64,000 nt of DNA, taken from Candidatus Omnitrophota bacterium. GTDB taxonomy: Bacteria; Omnitrophota; Gorgyraeia; Duberdicusellales; 4484-171. The DNA lies in NCBI GenBank assembly GCA_041652815.1, contig JBAZGN010000003.1, positions 1,530-65,529 of the forward strand. Direction: 5' to 3'. A program made the translations under genes and the position numbers. Below the pieces are notes generated by a model. It was not told the origin of the DNA. It saw only the letters and a list, made by a program, of their open reading frames with translations, and did no database searches. Below, in pieces: positions 41,075-50,294 of this stretch (the stretch's first letter is position 1; every line of letters begins with the position of its first letter).

Positions 41075-41986
41075 ATGGCTGAACCGTATTATTCGTTTAA
41101 TAGATACTTGAGAGAAAAATTCGGCGAAAGAGTACAACGCATAAGCATAGACGCGGGGTTTAGTTGCCCTAATTGTGATGGCCGAATAAGTAAAGACGGA
41201 TGTATTTATTGCGACAATAAGGGTTTTAGCATCTATGCCGGAAAAGCCAAAGACATTAAAACACAAATAACCGAATCAATAGAATATTATAAGAAAAAAT
41301 CTGGCATTAAAAAATTTATTGCATATTTTCAAGCGTTTAGCAGTACTTACGCGGATATCAAATCTTTAAAGGAAAAATACGATACTATACGGCAGTTTCC
41401 TGAAATTATTGGGCTTTTCATTTCTACACGTCCAGATTGTATCGATGAAGAAAAGTTAGAACTAATTGCCGCTTATAAAAAAGATTATCTGGTTTGGATA
41501 GAATATGGCCTTCAAACCACCCATAACCATGCGCTACAAACTTTAAACCGAAATCATACCTATGAAGATTTTACTAATGCTGTTGCACTTACAAGAAAGT
41601 ATGGCATAAACGTGGGGGTTCATTTGATTTTAGGATTACCCTGGTTAACACATGAAGATACAATGCAAGATGCCGTTTTACTGTCAAAACTGGATATCCA
41701 GGGAATAAAATTGCACGTTTTACACATTTTTAAAGATACGAAATTGTGTGAAATGCATAAAGAGAAACAAATAAGTCTTGTAACCCGGGAAGAATACGTA
41801 AAAATGGTGTGTGATTTTCTTGAACGCATCCCGGATAATATGGTAATATTACGTTTAATTTCCAGCAGTAATCCTAAATTGCTGGTTGCACCATTATGGA
41901 TGAATGATAAAAATTCTGTGATTGAAAGTATTAAAAATGAATTCATAACCCGGAAAACTAAACAAGGATATTACGCAAAACATTAA
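41075..41986 (+). CDS. Radical SAM protein, TIGR01212-like family
   Basis: CPNCDGRISKDGCIYC cluster with a TIM-barrel radical SAM core. Confidence 0.75.
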   Translation: MAEPYYSFNRYLREKFGERVQRISIDAGFSCPNCDGRISKDGCIYCDNKGFSIYAGKAKDIKTQITESIEYYKKKSGIKKFIAYFQAFSSTYADIKSLKEKYDTIRQFPEIIGLFISTRPDCIDEEKLELIAAYKKDYLVWIEYGLQTTHNHALQTLNRNHTYEDFTNAVALTRKYGINVGVHLILGLPWLTHEDTMQDAVLLSKLDIQGIKLHVLHIFKDTKLCEMHKEKQISLVTREEYVKMVCDFLERIPDNMVILRLISSSNPKLLVAPLWMNDKNSVIESIKNEFITRKTKQGYYAKH

Positions 41987-41992
41987 AAAAAT

Positions 41993-42436
41993 ATGAAAGC
42001 CGTAATTTTACGCGTCGCAAAAGCCAGCTTAAGTATTCCTAATGAGACCAAGGAATCTATTTCCATAGGTAGGGGGCTTGTGATTTTTGTGGGAATAGAT
42101 AAGAAAGATAATGATGCTACGCTTGAAGACTTTGCGGAAAAAGTTACAAATTTAAGAATTTTCGATGACGAAAATGGAAAACTTGATTTTTCGCTCAAAG
42201 ATAAAAATTATGAAATTTTATGCGTGCCGAATTTTACTCTTTGTGCTAATATTAACAAAGGGAGAAGGCCTTCATTCGAAAACGTAATGCCACAGGATGC
42301 AGCCAGAAAATTATTTGAAAATTTAATTATTCTTCTGGGAGCGCGGGGATTATCGGTAAAATCAGGGAAATTTGGCAAAACCATGGTTATAAATACTGAA
42401 TGCATCGGGCCGGTTAATCTCGTTGTAGAAATCTAA
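41993..42436 (+). CDS. dtd: D-aminoacyl-tRNA deacylase
   Basis: The NFTL and GPVN motifs match the DTD SQFTL/GPVT signatures. Confidence 0.8.
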   Translation: MKAVILRVAKASLSIPNETKESISIGRGLVIFVGIDKKDNDATLEDFAEKVTNLRIFDDENGKLDFSLKDKNYEILCVPNFTLCANINKGRRPSFENVMPQDAARKLFENLIILLGARGLSVKSGKFGKTMVINTECIGPVNLVVEI

Positions 42437-42443
42437 TATTTCT

Positions 42444-43007
42444 ATGTTTAAAAATCGCACCTTATTAGTTTGTTTAATAATTTCGATATCTTTGCATGTT
42501 TTTCTGTTTACGTATTTTTCTTTTTACATTAAAACCTCCAATACTCCTTTTATACTTTCGTGGCCGGCAATATTAACCCAAGAAGACCTTTTAATTACGG
42601 ATAAACCGTTTAAATTCGACACCGCAATAAATTTTGCACGGACATCAAGTATTGATAAATCTTATTTTTTGCCCACCCTGGAAAAGCCTTTGTTTGAAGT
42701 TAAAAAAGAACGCTCTTTACAAAACGTACAGAAATTGCCCGAAAGCCGCTCAATAGGTACCTATAATCTTAAGGAAACTGATTATCTATACCTCTGGGAA
42801 AAACCCAAGAGTTTTATCGACTGGGATAAAGAAACAATACAATACAAAGCATTTATCTCTCCATACGGAAAGGTTATCCTATCGTTTCCAACGAAGCTCC
42901 CTGTCAACTCTACCGGCAATATGTCATCTCAGGATTATATGAGACAGGCTGCATTGTTTTTGAAGAATAAATTTCTCTGGACAAAGATAGAGGCAGTGGT
43001 AAGATAA
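42444..43007 (+). CDS. Hypothetical membrane-anchored protein
   Basis: 187 aa with an N-terminal TM and no recognised domain. Confidence 0.4.
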   Translation: MFKNRTLLVCLIISISLHVFLFTYFSFYIKTSNTPFILSWPAILTQEDLLITDKPFKFDTAINFARTSSIDKSYFLPTLEKPLFEVKKERSLQNVQKLPESRSIGTYNLKETDYLYLWEKPKSFIDWDKETIQYKAFISPYGKVILSFPTKLPVNSTGNMSSQDYMRQAALFLKNKFLWTKIEAVVR

Positions 43008-43009
43008 AT

Positions 43010-43225
43010 ATGAAAATAGAGTTATCGGTTTTTTTGGCAATAATATCCAGTGTTTTGATCGTTGGTGTCATGGTTATTGAGCTTATTGAAGAAAGAAAAA
43101 AAACCATGGCGAGAAAAGATACGCACCTTAGAAAAGAAAAGTGCGAAGTGTGCACTTCGCTATATTTTATCTCATCGGCATTAAAATATTGGCGTTGCCC
43201 ATATTGTAACAGCTTAAACAAATAA
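43010..43225 (+). CDS. Small TM protein with C-terminal zinc-ribbon (CxxC-N16-CxxC)
   Basis: 71 aa: a TM helix, then CEVC...CPYC. Confidence 0.35.
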   Translation: MKIELSVFLAIISSVLIVGVMVIELIEERKKTMARKDTHLRKEKCEVCTSLYFISSALKYWRCPYCNSLNK

Positions 43226-43226
43226 A

Positions 43227-43433
43227 ATGATTACCGAAATTGGAATAGGAGCTGGCGAAATCTGGCATTTCCTTGATAAACACGGGGAAGTGACCCTAAC
43301 TAGCCTTTTTAACGGTATAGAAAAACCTAAAGAACTTATATTAATGAGCTTGGGTTGGCTTGCCAGAGAAGGGCATGTGCTTGTCCGGTTTGAAAATAAC
43401 GAGTATAGAATGACTTTGCGTAAAGGCTCTTAA
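43227..43433 (+). CDS. Small winged-helix-like protein
   Basis: 68 aa with a wHTH-like pattern. The family is uncertain. Confidence 0.35.
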   Translation: MITEIGIGAGEIWHFLDKHGEVTLTSLFNGIEKPKELILMSLGWLAREGHVLVRFENNEYRMTLRKGS

Positions 43434-43449
43434 TCAAAAGGAGAACGCA

Positions 43450-43818
43450 ATGAAAAAAGGTATAGTTTTAATAACTGTCTCAGGGATAATGCTTGTTGTT
43501 ACTATTTTGGCTGTAGTTGCATTAAATTTGATGACGGCTGAGTCACGGACAGCAGAGCATAAACTTAGAAGAATACGGGGTTACTTTGCCGCACAAGGAG
43601 CAATAGTGCATGCCTTGGAAAGGCTAAGAAGAGAGGGTACCGCCAATGCAACAATAACCGCCATCAATGGTGACCATCCAATTTTTACCGGTCAAGACCC
43701 CACAGGCGCCACGCAATACTCTATAACTACAGATATAAATGTTGTAGCCAGGGGTACTGGTAACTGCGCTTCCACAAGCCCTTCGCCGTTTTGTGTTAGT
43801 GCCACTGCCCCTTATTAA
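43450..43818 (+). CDS. PilX-N-like pseudopilin (type IV pilus minor-pilin-like) protein
   Basis: N-terminus GIVLITVSGIMLVVTILAVVALNLMTAESRTAEH matches the PilX_N pattern. Confidence 0.45.
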   Translation: MKKGIVLITVSGIMLVVTILAVVALNLMTAESRTAEHKLRRIRGYFAAQGAIVHALERLRREGTANATITAINGDHPIFTGQDPTGATQYSITTDINVVARGTGNCASTSPSPFCVSATAPY

Positions 43819-43982
43819 AATCTTGGCATTAATCTTTCCTGCCTTTCTTGACAGAAAAGGGTTTCTCTGTCAAAATATTTATTAAACTGTTAATTTCTAT
43901 AAATTTTCTGATTTCGATTGAGATTTAGAAATTTGTCGAAATTGATGGAAATTTATTGTATCTCTTTACTTTCTATTTTTTC

Positions 43983-44037
43983 GGGCCTGTAGCTCAGTTG
44001 GGAGAGCACTTCGTTCGCAACGAAGGGGTCAGGCCCG
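43983..44037 (+). ncRNA. tRNA-like element lacking a T-arm (acceptor + D-arm + anticodon arm, anticodon CGC)
   Basis: GGGCCTG/CAGGCCC acceptor, a canonical D-arm (TAGCTCAGTTGGGAGAGCA), a CTTCG-TTCGCAA-CGAAG anticodon arm, then directly the 3' acceptor strand and a T-run. Confidence 0.4.
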
Positions 44038-44053
44038 CCTTTTTAAATCTTGC

Positions 44054-44126
44054 GGGCCGGTAGTTCAGTTGGGAGAACGCCTCGTTCGCAACGAGGAGGT
44101 CGGCGGTTCGAATCCGCTCCGGTCCA
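44054..44126 (+). tRNA. tRNA-Ala (anticodon CGC)
   Basis: Folded cloverleaf with a G3:U70 pair, T-arm GGCGGTTCGAATCCGCT and discriminator A. No CCA is encoded. Confidence 0.85.
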
Positions 44127-44404
44127 TTTTTATATTTTGGTGGCGGGCAACTCTCCTCAGGTCCATATTCTTGCTTCTATGTTACGTTTGTCAGCTTAAA
44201 GGCCTGTGGCAGTTTGGTGGCAATCGTTGGATGCACTACAAAGAAGGTTTCGACTTCGTCGAAGAGTACATACAACTTTCTTCAGGTCCATATTAAACAG
44301 ATTGCAGATAACAGTCTAACAGGCTTTCAGCCTGTTGAGCAGATAGGCAGATATCTAATTCCAATCTGTCATCTGCTATCTACAACAAAAACTATAAACA
44401 AACT

Positions 44405-45880
44405 ATGCGTATAAAAATATATTTTCTTTTAATGATAACTGTTTCAGCTTGTTTTATAAATGTATATTCTAACGAAATTAAAAGCCCTGAATTTAACGGT
44501 ACATTTTACCCGGCCAAGGCGAGTGCGTTAAATAAGTTTATCAATAATGCCATGGAAGAAGCAGGTAATTCGACAATCAATGGAGAAATTATAGGCATTT
44601 TAGTGCCGCATGCAGGATATGTTTATTCCGGAAAAATTGCCGCAGTTGCGTACAAAGCAATAGCGGGTAAGCGATTCGATACGGTTGTTATTATTTCATC
44701 AGCTCATCAGCATTATTTAGAGGGAGCGGCCATTTATCCCGAGGGTATTTTTATAACGCCCTTGGGAAATCTTGAAGTCGACCGCGAAGCAGCCCAGGCT
44801 CTTAAGCCGCTTGATTTTTGCGTTCTTAATACCCAATATTTCGCACGGGAACACCCGATAGAAGTACAGCTTCCGTTTATAATAAAAACTGTAAAAAATG
44901 CAAAAATACTGCCGATAATCCTTGGAAAAAATAGCCTCGAAAATTTACAAAAGCTGGCAGGCGCACTTACGGAAATTTCTCAAAAAAAACAAATCCTTGT
45001 TGTTGTTTCTTCAGACCTTTCTCATTTCCACGCTTACGATGAAGCAGTGGCAATGGATAAAGAAACAACAGAACTTATCAAAAATAAGGATATTGATTAC
45101 CTCTGGACCTCCGAAGAATATGCGCAGAATCTTGCCTGTGGAATATATCCGATAATTGCGCTGCTTTATTATTCAAACCTAAAAGATGCCCAAATAGATA
45201 TTTTAAAATATGCAAATTCCGGTGATGCCACCGGCGACAAAGAAAAGGTTGTGGGCTACGCTGCGGCTGTAAGTTACATTACGGAGAAGATGAAGGAACC
45301 CGCTAAAGAGGAGGAAAAGACAATGACGGAATTTAGATTAAACGATGCAGAAAAAAAAGAGTTATTAAAGATAGCGCGTTCGACTCTGGAAGGCTATTTA
45401 AAAACCGGTAAAGCTCCAAAGATCAAAGCTGAATACCCCATACTTAACGAAAAAAGAGGCGCATTTGTTACATTAAAAAAACATGGCCAGCTTCGCGGCT
45501 GTATCGGTAGAATTGTTGCAGATACGCCTTTGCGTGAAGTTATATCGAGCGTTTCAATCGAATCCGCAACCGAAGACCCGCGCTTTACACCAGTTACATA
45601 CAACGAATTAAAAGATATCGAGATTGAAATATCTGTATTGACGCCGTTTGAAAAAGTAAATGACATAGGGGAAATCGAAGTAGGAAAACATGGGCTTTTA
45701 ATTAGTAAAGGTTATTACTCCGGGCTTCTTCTCCCCCAAGTACCGCTTGAGTATGGATGGGACAGGCAAACCTTCCTTGAGCACACCTGTCTTAAAGCAG
45801 GCTTACCAAAAGATACCTACAAGGAAAAGGGGATTATGCTTTATAAATTTAGTGCCATCGTATTTAATGAAAAAGATTAA
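44405..45880 (+). CDS. Memo-like (AmmeMemoRadiSam protein B) / AMMECR1 fusion protein with N-terminal hydrophobic leader
   Basis: N-half: FYP..VPHAGYVYSG Memo motifs. C-half: AMMECR1 LRGCIGRI motif. The first ~25 aa are hydrophobic with a lipobox-like VSAC. Confidence 0.7.
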   Translation: MRIKIYFLLMITVSACFINVYSNEIKSPEFNGTFYPAKASALNKFINNAMEEAGNSTINGEIIGILVPHAGYVYSGKIAAVAYKAIAGKRFDTVVIISSAHQHYLEGAAIYPEGIFITPLGNLEVDREAAQALKPLDFCVLNTQYFAREHPIEVQLPFIIKTVKNAKILPIILGKNSLENLQKLAGALTEISQKKQILVVVSSDLSHFHAYDEAVAMDKETTELIKNKDIDYLWTSEEYAQNLACGIYPIIALLYYSNLKDAQIDILKYANSGDATGDKEKVVGYAAAVSYITEKMKEPAKEEEKTMTEFRLNDAEKKELLKIARSTLEGYLKTGKAPKIKAEYPILNEKRGAFVTLKKHGQLRGCIGRIVADTPLREVISSVSIESATEDPRFTPVTYNELKDIEIEISVLTPFEKVNDIGEIEVGKHGLLISKGYYSGLLLPQVPLEYGWDRQTFLEHTCLKAGLPKDTYKEKGIMLYKFSAIVFNEKD

Positions 45881-45890
45881 TCTAAATAAT

Positions 45891-46604
45891 ATGTCTAAGG
45901 TAAGATTATTTCTTCCTAAAAATGAAATTTGCGACGTTGTCACGGTTAAGGATAAAGATATTTTGCATAAAGCCAATGACGTATTAGCCTTAAAGAAGGG
46001 GCAACATGTTTATCTGTTTGACGGCGAAGGTATGGAATATCGTTATCAAATAACTGAAACAAGCCGTAGATGTATTTCTTTAAAAAAAGAGGCCGTAGAG
46101 TGCACCAGTAACGCGCCTTTAGAAAAAATTACACTGGGTTTACCGCTACTTAAGGAACAGAAAATAGAGTTGATTTTGCAAAGAGCCACCGAGCTCGGTG
46201 TTTGGGCGTATCAGCCGTTTATCTGCGAAAGAAGCATACGAGAACATCCTTCATCCGGCAAAAAAGAAAGATGGATAAAGATTGTGCAGGAAGCAACACG
46301 GCAATCAAGCAGGTTATGGCTTGCGCAAATAAATGAAATTATTGATTTCGAAACATTAATTAAACAGGATTTTAGCCTGAAAATAGCTGCTTCAATTGAG
46401 GGGCAAAAAATAATCGATATCACAAAAGAAAAATATCGTAAAATTCTCCTGATGATAGGCCCTGAAGGCGATTTTTCACCGCAAGAATACGAAAAGTTAA
46501 AAGCTAACGGCTTTATTTTCCTTAAACTTTCCGAAAATATTCTGCGTGTAGAAACTGCAGCAATCATGGCCAGCGGAATCATTAATTATTTTCTTATGCG
46601 TTAG
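45891..46604 (+). CDS. rsmE: 16S rRNA m3U1498 methyltransferase RsmE
   Basis: PUA-like N-domain plus SPOUT C-domain (IGPEGDFS). An alternative start at 45867 would overlap the upstream stop. Confidence 0.75.
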   Translation: MSKVRLFLPKNEICDVVTVKDKDILHKANDVLALKKGQHVYLFDGEGMEYRYQITETSRRCISLKKEAVECTSNAPLEKITLGLPLLKEQKIELILQRATELGVWAYQPFICERSIREHPSSGKKERWIKIVQEATRQSSRLWLAQINEIIDFETLIKQDFSLKIAASIEGQKIIDITKEKYRKILLMIGPEGDFSPQEYEKLKANGFIFLKLSENILRVETAAIMASGIINYFLMR

Positions 46605-46606
46605 AG

Positions 46607-47848
46607 ATGAAAGTTAAATTCTACACCTTAGGTTGCAAAGTTAACCAATACGAAAGCCAGGCTTTACAGGAAGAATTTAGCGCTTGCGGTTTTACTGTAA
46701 CGGAAGAATTGGCTGATATATATGTAATAAATTCCTGTTCAGTCACTGCGAAAGCGGATTCAGATTCAAGGCGCCTTGTGCTTAAGGCTAAAAAAGAAAA
46801 TCCTAAAGCAAAAATTGCGGTATGCGGTTGCTGGCCGCAGTTAAACGCTGATGCAGCTAAAAAAATAGGCGCAGATTATGTTGTAGGCCAGGACAGAAAA
46901 CAATCATTAGTTGATATAATAAAAGGAATTACAGCTAAACCAAAAGACATCTGGTCGTTAAAAATAAATGGTTTTACTAACCAACGCACCTTTGTTAAAA
47001 TCCAGGATGGTTGTAATAATTTTTGTTCGTTTTGTAAAGTGCCTTTTTTAAGGGGCGGTTCAATCAGTAGGCCCGGCAATGACGTCATAAAGGAAATAGA
47101 AAGGCTGGAAATCCGGCATAAAGAAATTGTCCTTTGCGGTGTTAATCTCGGGGCTTACGGAAAAGACTTACTACCCGAAACTAGCCTCTATGACTTGTTA
47201 AAAACCATATTGCACAGAAATTCACTTACCCGCCTGCGTTTAAGTTCACTTGAGCCTAATTCGGTAGATGAAAGAATAATCGGGCTTTTTGCGCATCCTA
47301 AAATGTGCCCGCACATACATCTTCCTTTCCAAAACGGCGATAACCGCGTCTTAAAAGAAATGAACAAAAAAGAGACCGTTGAGATGTATGAACAAATCGC
47401 CGCGTGCCTGCGTAAATTAAATCCGAAAATTGCCATAAGCTGTGATATTATTGTTGGTTTTCCGGGAGAGGATGAAGCCAGTTTTAACAACACCGTAAAT
47501 TTTTTAAATAAGATTAAACCGATGCGCACGCATATTTTTACTTTTTCCAGCCGTGAAAAAACCAGGTTTTACGGACAAAAAATAAATCCCGTTAAGGCCA
47601 AAGCGCGTTTTAGGCATCTGAAGAATATTACGGATTCATTAGCTATGGAGTATAAAATGGCGTTTCTGGGAAAAACCCTCAACCTGGTTGTCGAAGAAAA
47701 AAAATCCGGCTATCTTTGCGGTTATACCGAAAACTATATAAAACTTCATGCAAAAGGCGAGGCTCGCCCGGGAGAAATCATTACTGTACAAATAAATAAA
47801 GTAGATAAAGATAAGGCCTTTGGGATAATTGTCGAAGGAAAAAATTAA
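46607..47848 (+). CDS. mtaB: MiaB-family radical SAM methylthiotransferase (MtaB-like)
   Basis: N-terminal MTTase Cys triad, radical SAM CNNFCSFC cluster, C-terminal TRAM. At 413 aa it fits MtaB. Confidence 0.75.
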   Translation: MKVKFYTLGCKVNQYESQALQEEFSACGFTVTEELADIYVINSCSVTAKADSDSRRLVLKAKKENPKAKIAVCGCWPQLNADAAKKIGADYVVGQDRKQSLVDIIKGITAKPKDIWSLKINGFTNQRTFVKIQDGCNNFCSFCKVPFLRGGSISRPGNDVIKEIERLEIRHKEIVLCGVNLGAYGKDLLPETSLYDLLKTILHRNSLTRLRLSSLEPNSVDERIIGLFAHPKMCPHIHLPFQNGDNRVLKEMNKKETVEMYEQIAACLRKLNPKIAISCDIIVGFPGEDEASFNNTVNFLNKIKPMRTHIFTFSSREKTRFYGQKINPVKAKARFRHLKNITDSLAMEYKMAFLGKTLNLVVEEKKSGYLCGYTENYIKLHAKGEARPGEIITVQINKVDKDKAFGIIVEGKN

Positions 47849-48565
47849 ATGCGTCTTAACGTTTACATAAGCAAAAGTGGCTATTGTTCGCGAAGAAAAG
47901 CTGATTTGTTAATTAAAGAAAGTAAAGTGACTGTGAACGGCGCAATTATCGACAAACCGTTCTATGAAGTAGATAAGAATTCGAATGTTTGCGTAGGCGG
48001 AAATAATATAAGCATAAAGGATTATGTTTATATAGTGTTTAATAAGCCAAAAGGAGTTACCACTACCTGTCATGATAAATTCGCGGATAAAAAAATTGTG
48101 GATTTTTTTCCTGAAAAATTCAGAGGAATCTTTCCCGTGGGCAGGCTTGATAAAGATACCTCCGGATTAATTATCTTAACCAACGATGGCAAACTTTGTT
48201 ACCAAGTAACGCATCCAAAATTTCAGATTGAAAAAGAGTATAAAATAATTTTGGATAAAGTTTTATCCAAAAACGATATACAAAAAGCAATAAAAGGAAT
48301 AAGCGATACCGGAGAACTGCTTAAAGTTAAAAAAATAAACTTGTTCAAAGAAAGCCCTTTTCAATCCAGTTATGGTGTCGTTATATCTGAAGGCAAAAAG
48401 CGGCATTTACGCAGGCTTTTTAACGCCTTGGGTTATTATGTAATTGATCTAAAAAGGATAAGGATAGGGGATCTTTCGATTGGTAACCTTAAATCCGGTG
48501 ACTATATTTTTCTTGAGAAAGAAAAGATTTATCATTTACTTTTTGCGAATCCGAAGCTAAAATGA
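47849..48565 (+). CDS. rRNA pseudouridine synthase (RsuA/RluB family)
   Basis: S4 domain followed by the catalytic motif GRLDKDTSGL. Confidence 0.8.
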   Translation: MRLNVYISKSGYCSRRKADLLIKESKVTVNGAIIDKPFYEVDKNSNVCVGGNNISIKDYVYIVFNKPKGVTTTCHDKFADKKIVDFFPEKFRGIFPVGRLDKDTSGLIILTNDGKLCYQVTHPKFQIEKEYKIILDKVLSKNDIQKAIKGISDTGELLKVKKINLFKESPFQSSYGVVISEGKKRHLRRLFNALGYYVIDLKRIRIGDLSIGNLKSGDYIFLEKEKIYHLLFANPKLK

Positions 48566-48682
48566 ACTTTCCCACTATAAATGATGGGGTTTTTTGAAAA
48601 ATTTGACAAAAGTTCATTCCTCCGAAGCCGCACCGGAGATTAACCGCGAACGGCGAAGGAGAATAATTCTCTAAACAAAACC

Positions 48683-49231
48683 ATGAAAGTAATATTTTTA
48701 GACAGAGACGGCGTTATAAATGAGTATCCTGGGGACAGAAATTACATAACAAGCCATAAAGAATTTAAGTTTATAGCCGGCAGCATCCAGGGGATTAAAA
48801 AGCTAAAAGAAAAAGGCTTTAAGCTTTTTGTTATCTCCAATCAGGCAGGCATTTCAAAAGGCCTCTACAGCGAAAAGGTTTTAAGCCAAATTACGAAAAA
48901 AATGGTAGACGGTTTAAAGAAACATAAAGCTGAAGTTGACGGAATATATTACTGCAAGCATAAAGAAGGGGATAATTGCGCTTGCCGGAAGCCAAATACC
49001 GGCTTAATGCATGAAGCATTAAAAAATTTAGGTAAACCGGTTACAGTTTCTTTTTTTATCGGCGATTCCTTCCGTGATATGAATGCCGCAAAAAAATTCG
49101 GAGCAAAACCGGTCCTGGTTCTTTCCGGAAAAGAAAAAATCTCAAACCGCGATAATTGGGATTTCGAACCGGACTATATTTTTGACAATCTGCTTATAGC
49201 AGCCTATTATATATGTTCGCACTATGGATAA
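48683..49231 (+). CDS. gmhB: D,D-heptose 1,7-bisphosphate phosphatase GmhB (HAD IIIA)
   Basis: FLDRDGVIN motif and the C-x-C zinc motif (CACRKP) typical of GmhB. Confidence 0.8.
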   Translation: MKVIFLDRDGVINEYPGDRNYITSHKEFKFIAGSIQGIKKLKEKGFKLFVISNQAGISKGLYSEKVLSQITKKMVDGLKKHKAEVDGIYYCKHKEGDNCACRKPNTGLMHEALKNLGKPVTVSFFIGDSFRDMNAAKKFGAKPVLVLSGKEKISNRDNWDFEPDYIFDNLLIAAYYICSHYG

Positions 49232-50294
49232 AATTCTGCTTGTATATGCAAGTTTTGGTGAGGGCCATAAAAGATGCGCTCATTCGCTTAAGGATTACCT
49301 TAATGCGCCCTGCGTAGATCTTTTAGATTTTTCTTATCCTTTCATAAAAAAACTCTACATTTTTCTTTATTTAAGTGTAACCGAACGCCTGCCTTATTTT
49401 TGGAATTTTATATACTCTTCAACAAGAAGCGCACATTTGCGTTTCCTTGCAAATCAAATCCAGCAATTCCTATTTTTTCCTTTTTTTGAATATTTGCGCA
49501 AAACCCATCCTAAAATAATAATCACTACCCATTTTTTTCCGCTAGGTTTTATCGATAAAGTAAAAAAAGAACTGGATATAAAAATAATGACAATAGTAAC
49601 CGATATACGGGCACATCCTATCTGGGCAAACAATTGCGTTGATATGTATTTTGTGGCGCATGAAGAAACCAAAAAAGATTTAATTAAACTGGGCATAGAA
49701 CCATCTAAAATTACCAGCGGCTATATTTCACTGCGGCAAGGTTTTTTAAATATGCCCCAGCATATAAGCATAAGGAAGAAGTTCTTACTGGATGAAAAGC
49801 CGGTTATACTTTTCATGTCCTCGCTTAGAGGAAACTTTCCCTATGTTGATGAGATAATTTCTACGATTAAAGATAAATTCAATATTTTTTTTATTTACGG
49901 AAGGAATTTAAAGCTTAAAAATTACCTTGAAAACCTTAAACTTCCAAACCTTAAGTTTTTTCCTTCTTATGAAGAAATTTGGGAACTTTTTAGTATAAGC
50001 TCAATCATAGTTACGAAACCGGGCGGGCTTACCATTTTTGAAGGAATATACGCAAAGAAATTGTTTATTTTTATGCGTTATATTCCCGGGCAGGAAAAAG
50101 AAAATATGGATTTTTTGGAAAAATACGGCATAGGGAAATTTGCCGAAAGTAAATTGGAATTCTTAAATGCCTTGAATTATTTTAACGAAAAGAAGGAAGA
50201 ACTTGTAAATAACTATCCGATTAATTTTTCGGATATACGGCCCATCATAAGAGAAACCATAAATTCGCTTATCTCTTTGGATATAAAGGAATGA
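49224..50294 (+). CDS. MGDG-synthase-like (GT28) glycosyltransferase
   Basis: N-terminus LLVYASFGEGHKRCAHSL resembles the MGDG_synth domain. The C-terminal half is GT-B. Confidence 0.55.
   Translation: MDKILLVYASFGEGHKRCAHSLKDYLNAPCVDLLDFSYPFIKKLYIFLYLSVTERLPYFWNFIYSSTRSAHLRFLANQIQQFLFFPFFEYLRKTHPKIIITTHFFPLGFIDKVKKELDIKIMTIVTDIRAHPIWANNCVDMYFVAHEETKKDLIKLGIEPSKITSGYISLRQGFLNMPQHISIRKKFLLDEKPVILFMSSLRGNFPYVDEIISTIKDKFNIFFIYGRNLKLKNYLENLKLPNLKFFPSYEEIWELFSISSIIVTKPGGLTIFEGIYAKKLFIFMRYIPGQEKENMDFLEKYGIGKFAESKLEFLNALNYFNEKKEELVNNYPINFSDIRPIIRETINSLISLDIKE

Noticed and set aside
44127-44404. Possible SRP/4.5S RNA (CAGGTCC motif) downstream of tRNA-Ala
   Set aside because: Only a short CAGGTCC resemblance is present. 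The conserved SRP domain IV GGAA/GNRA helix and its flanking pairing are absent.
44069-44414. ORFs 44069-44296 and 44214-44414 on the + strand
   Set aside because: The first starts inside tRNA-Ala (its translation GGSNPLRS comes from the T-arm). Both span a hairpin-rich non-coding region, so they are almost certainly not genes.
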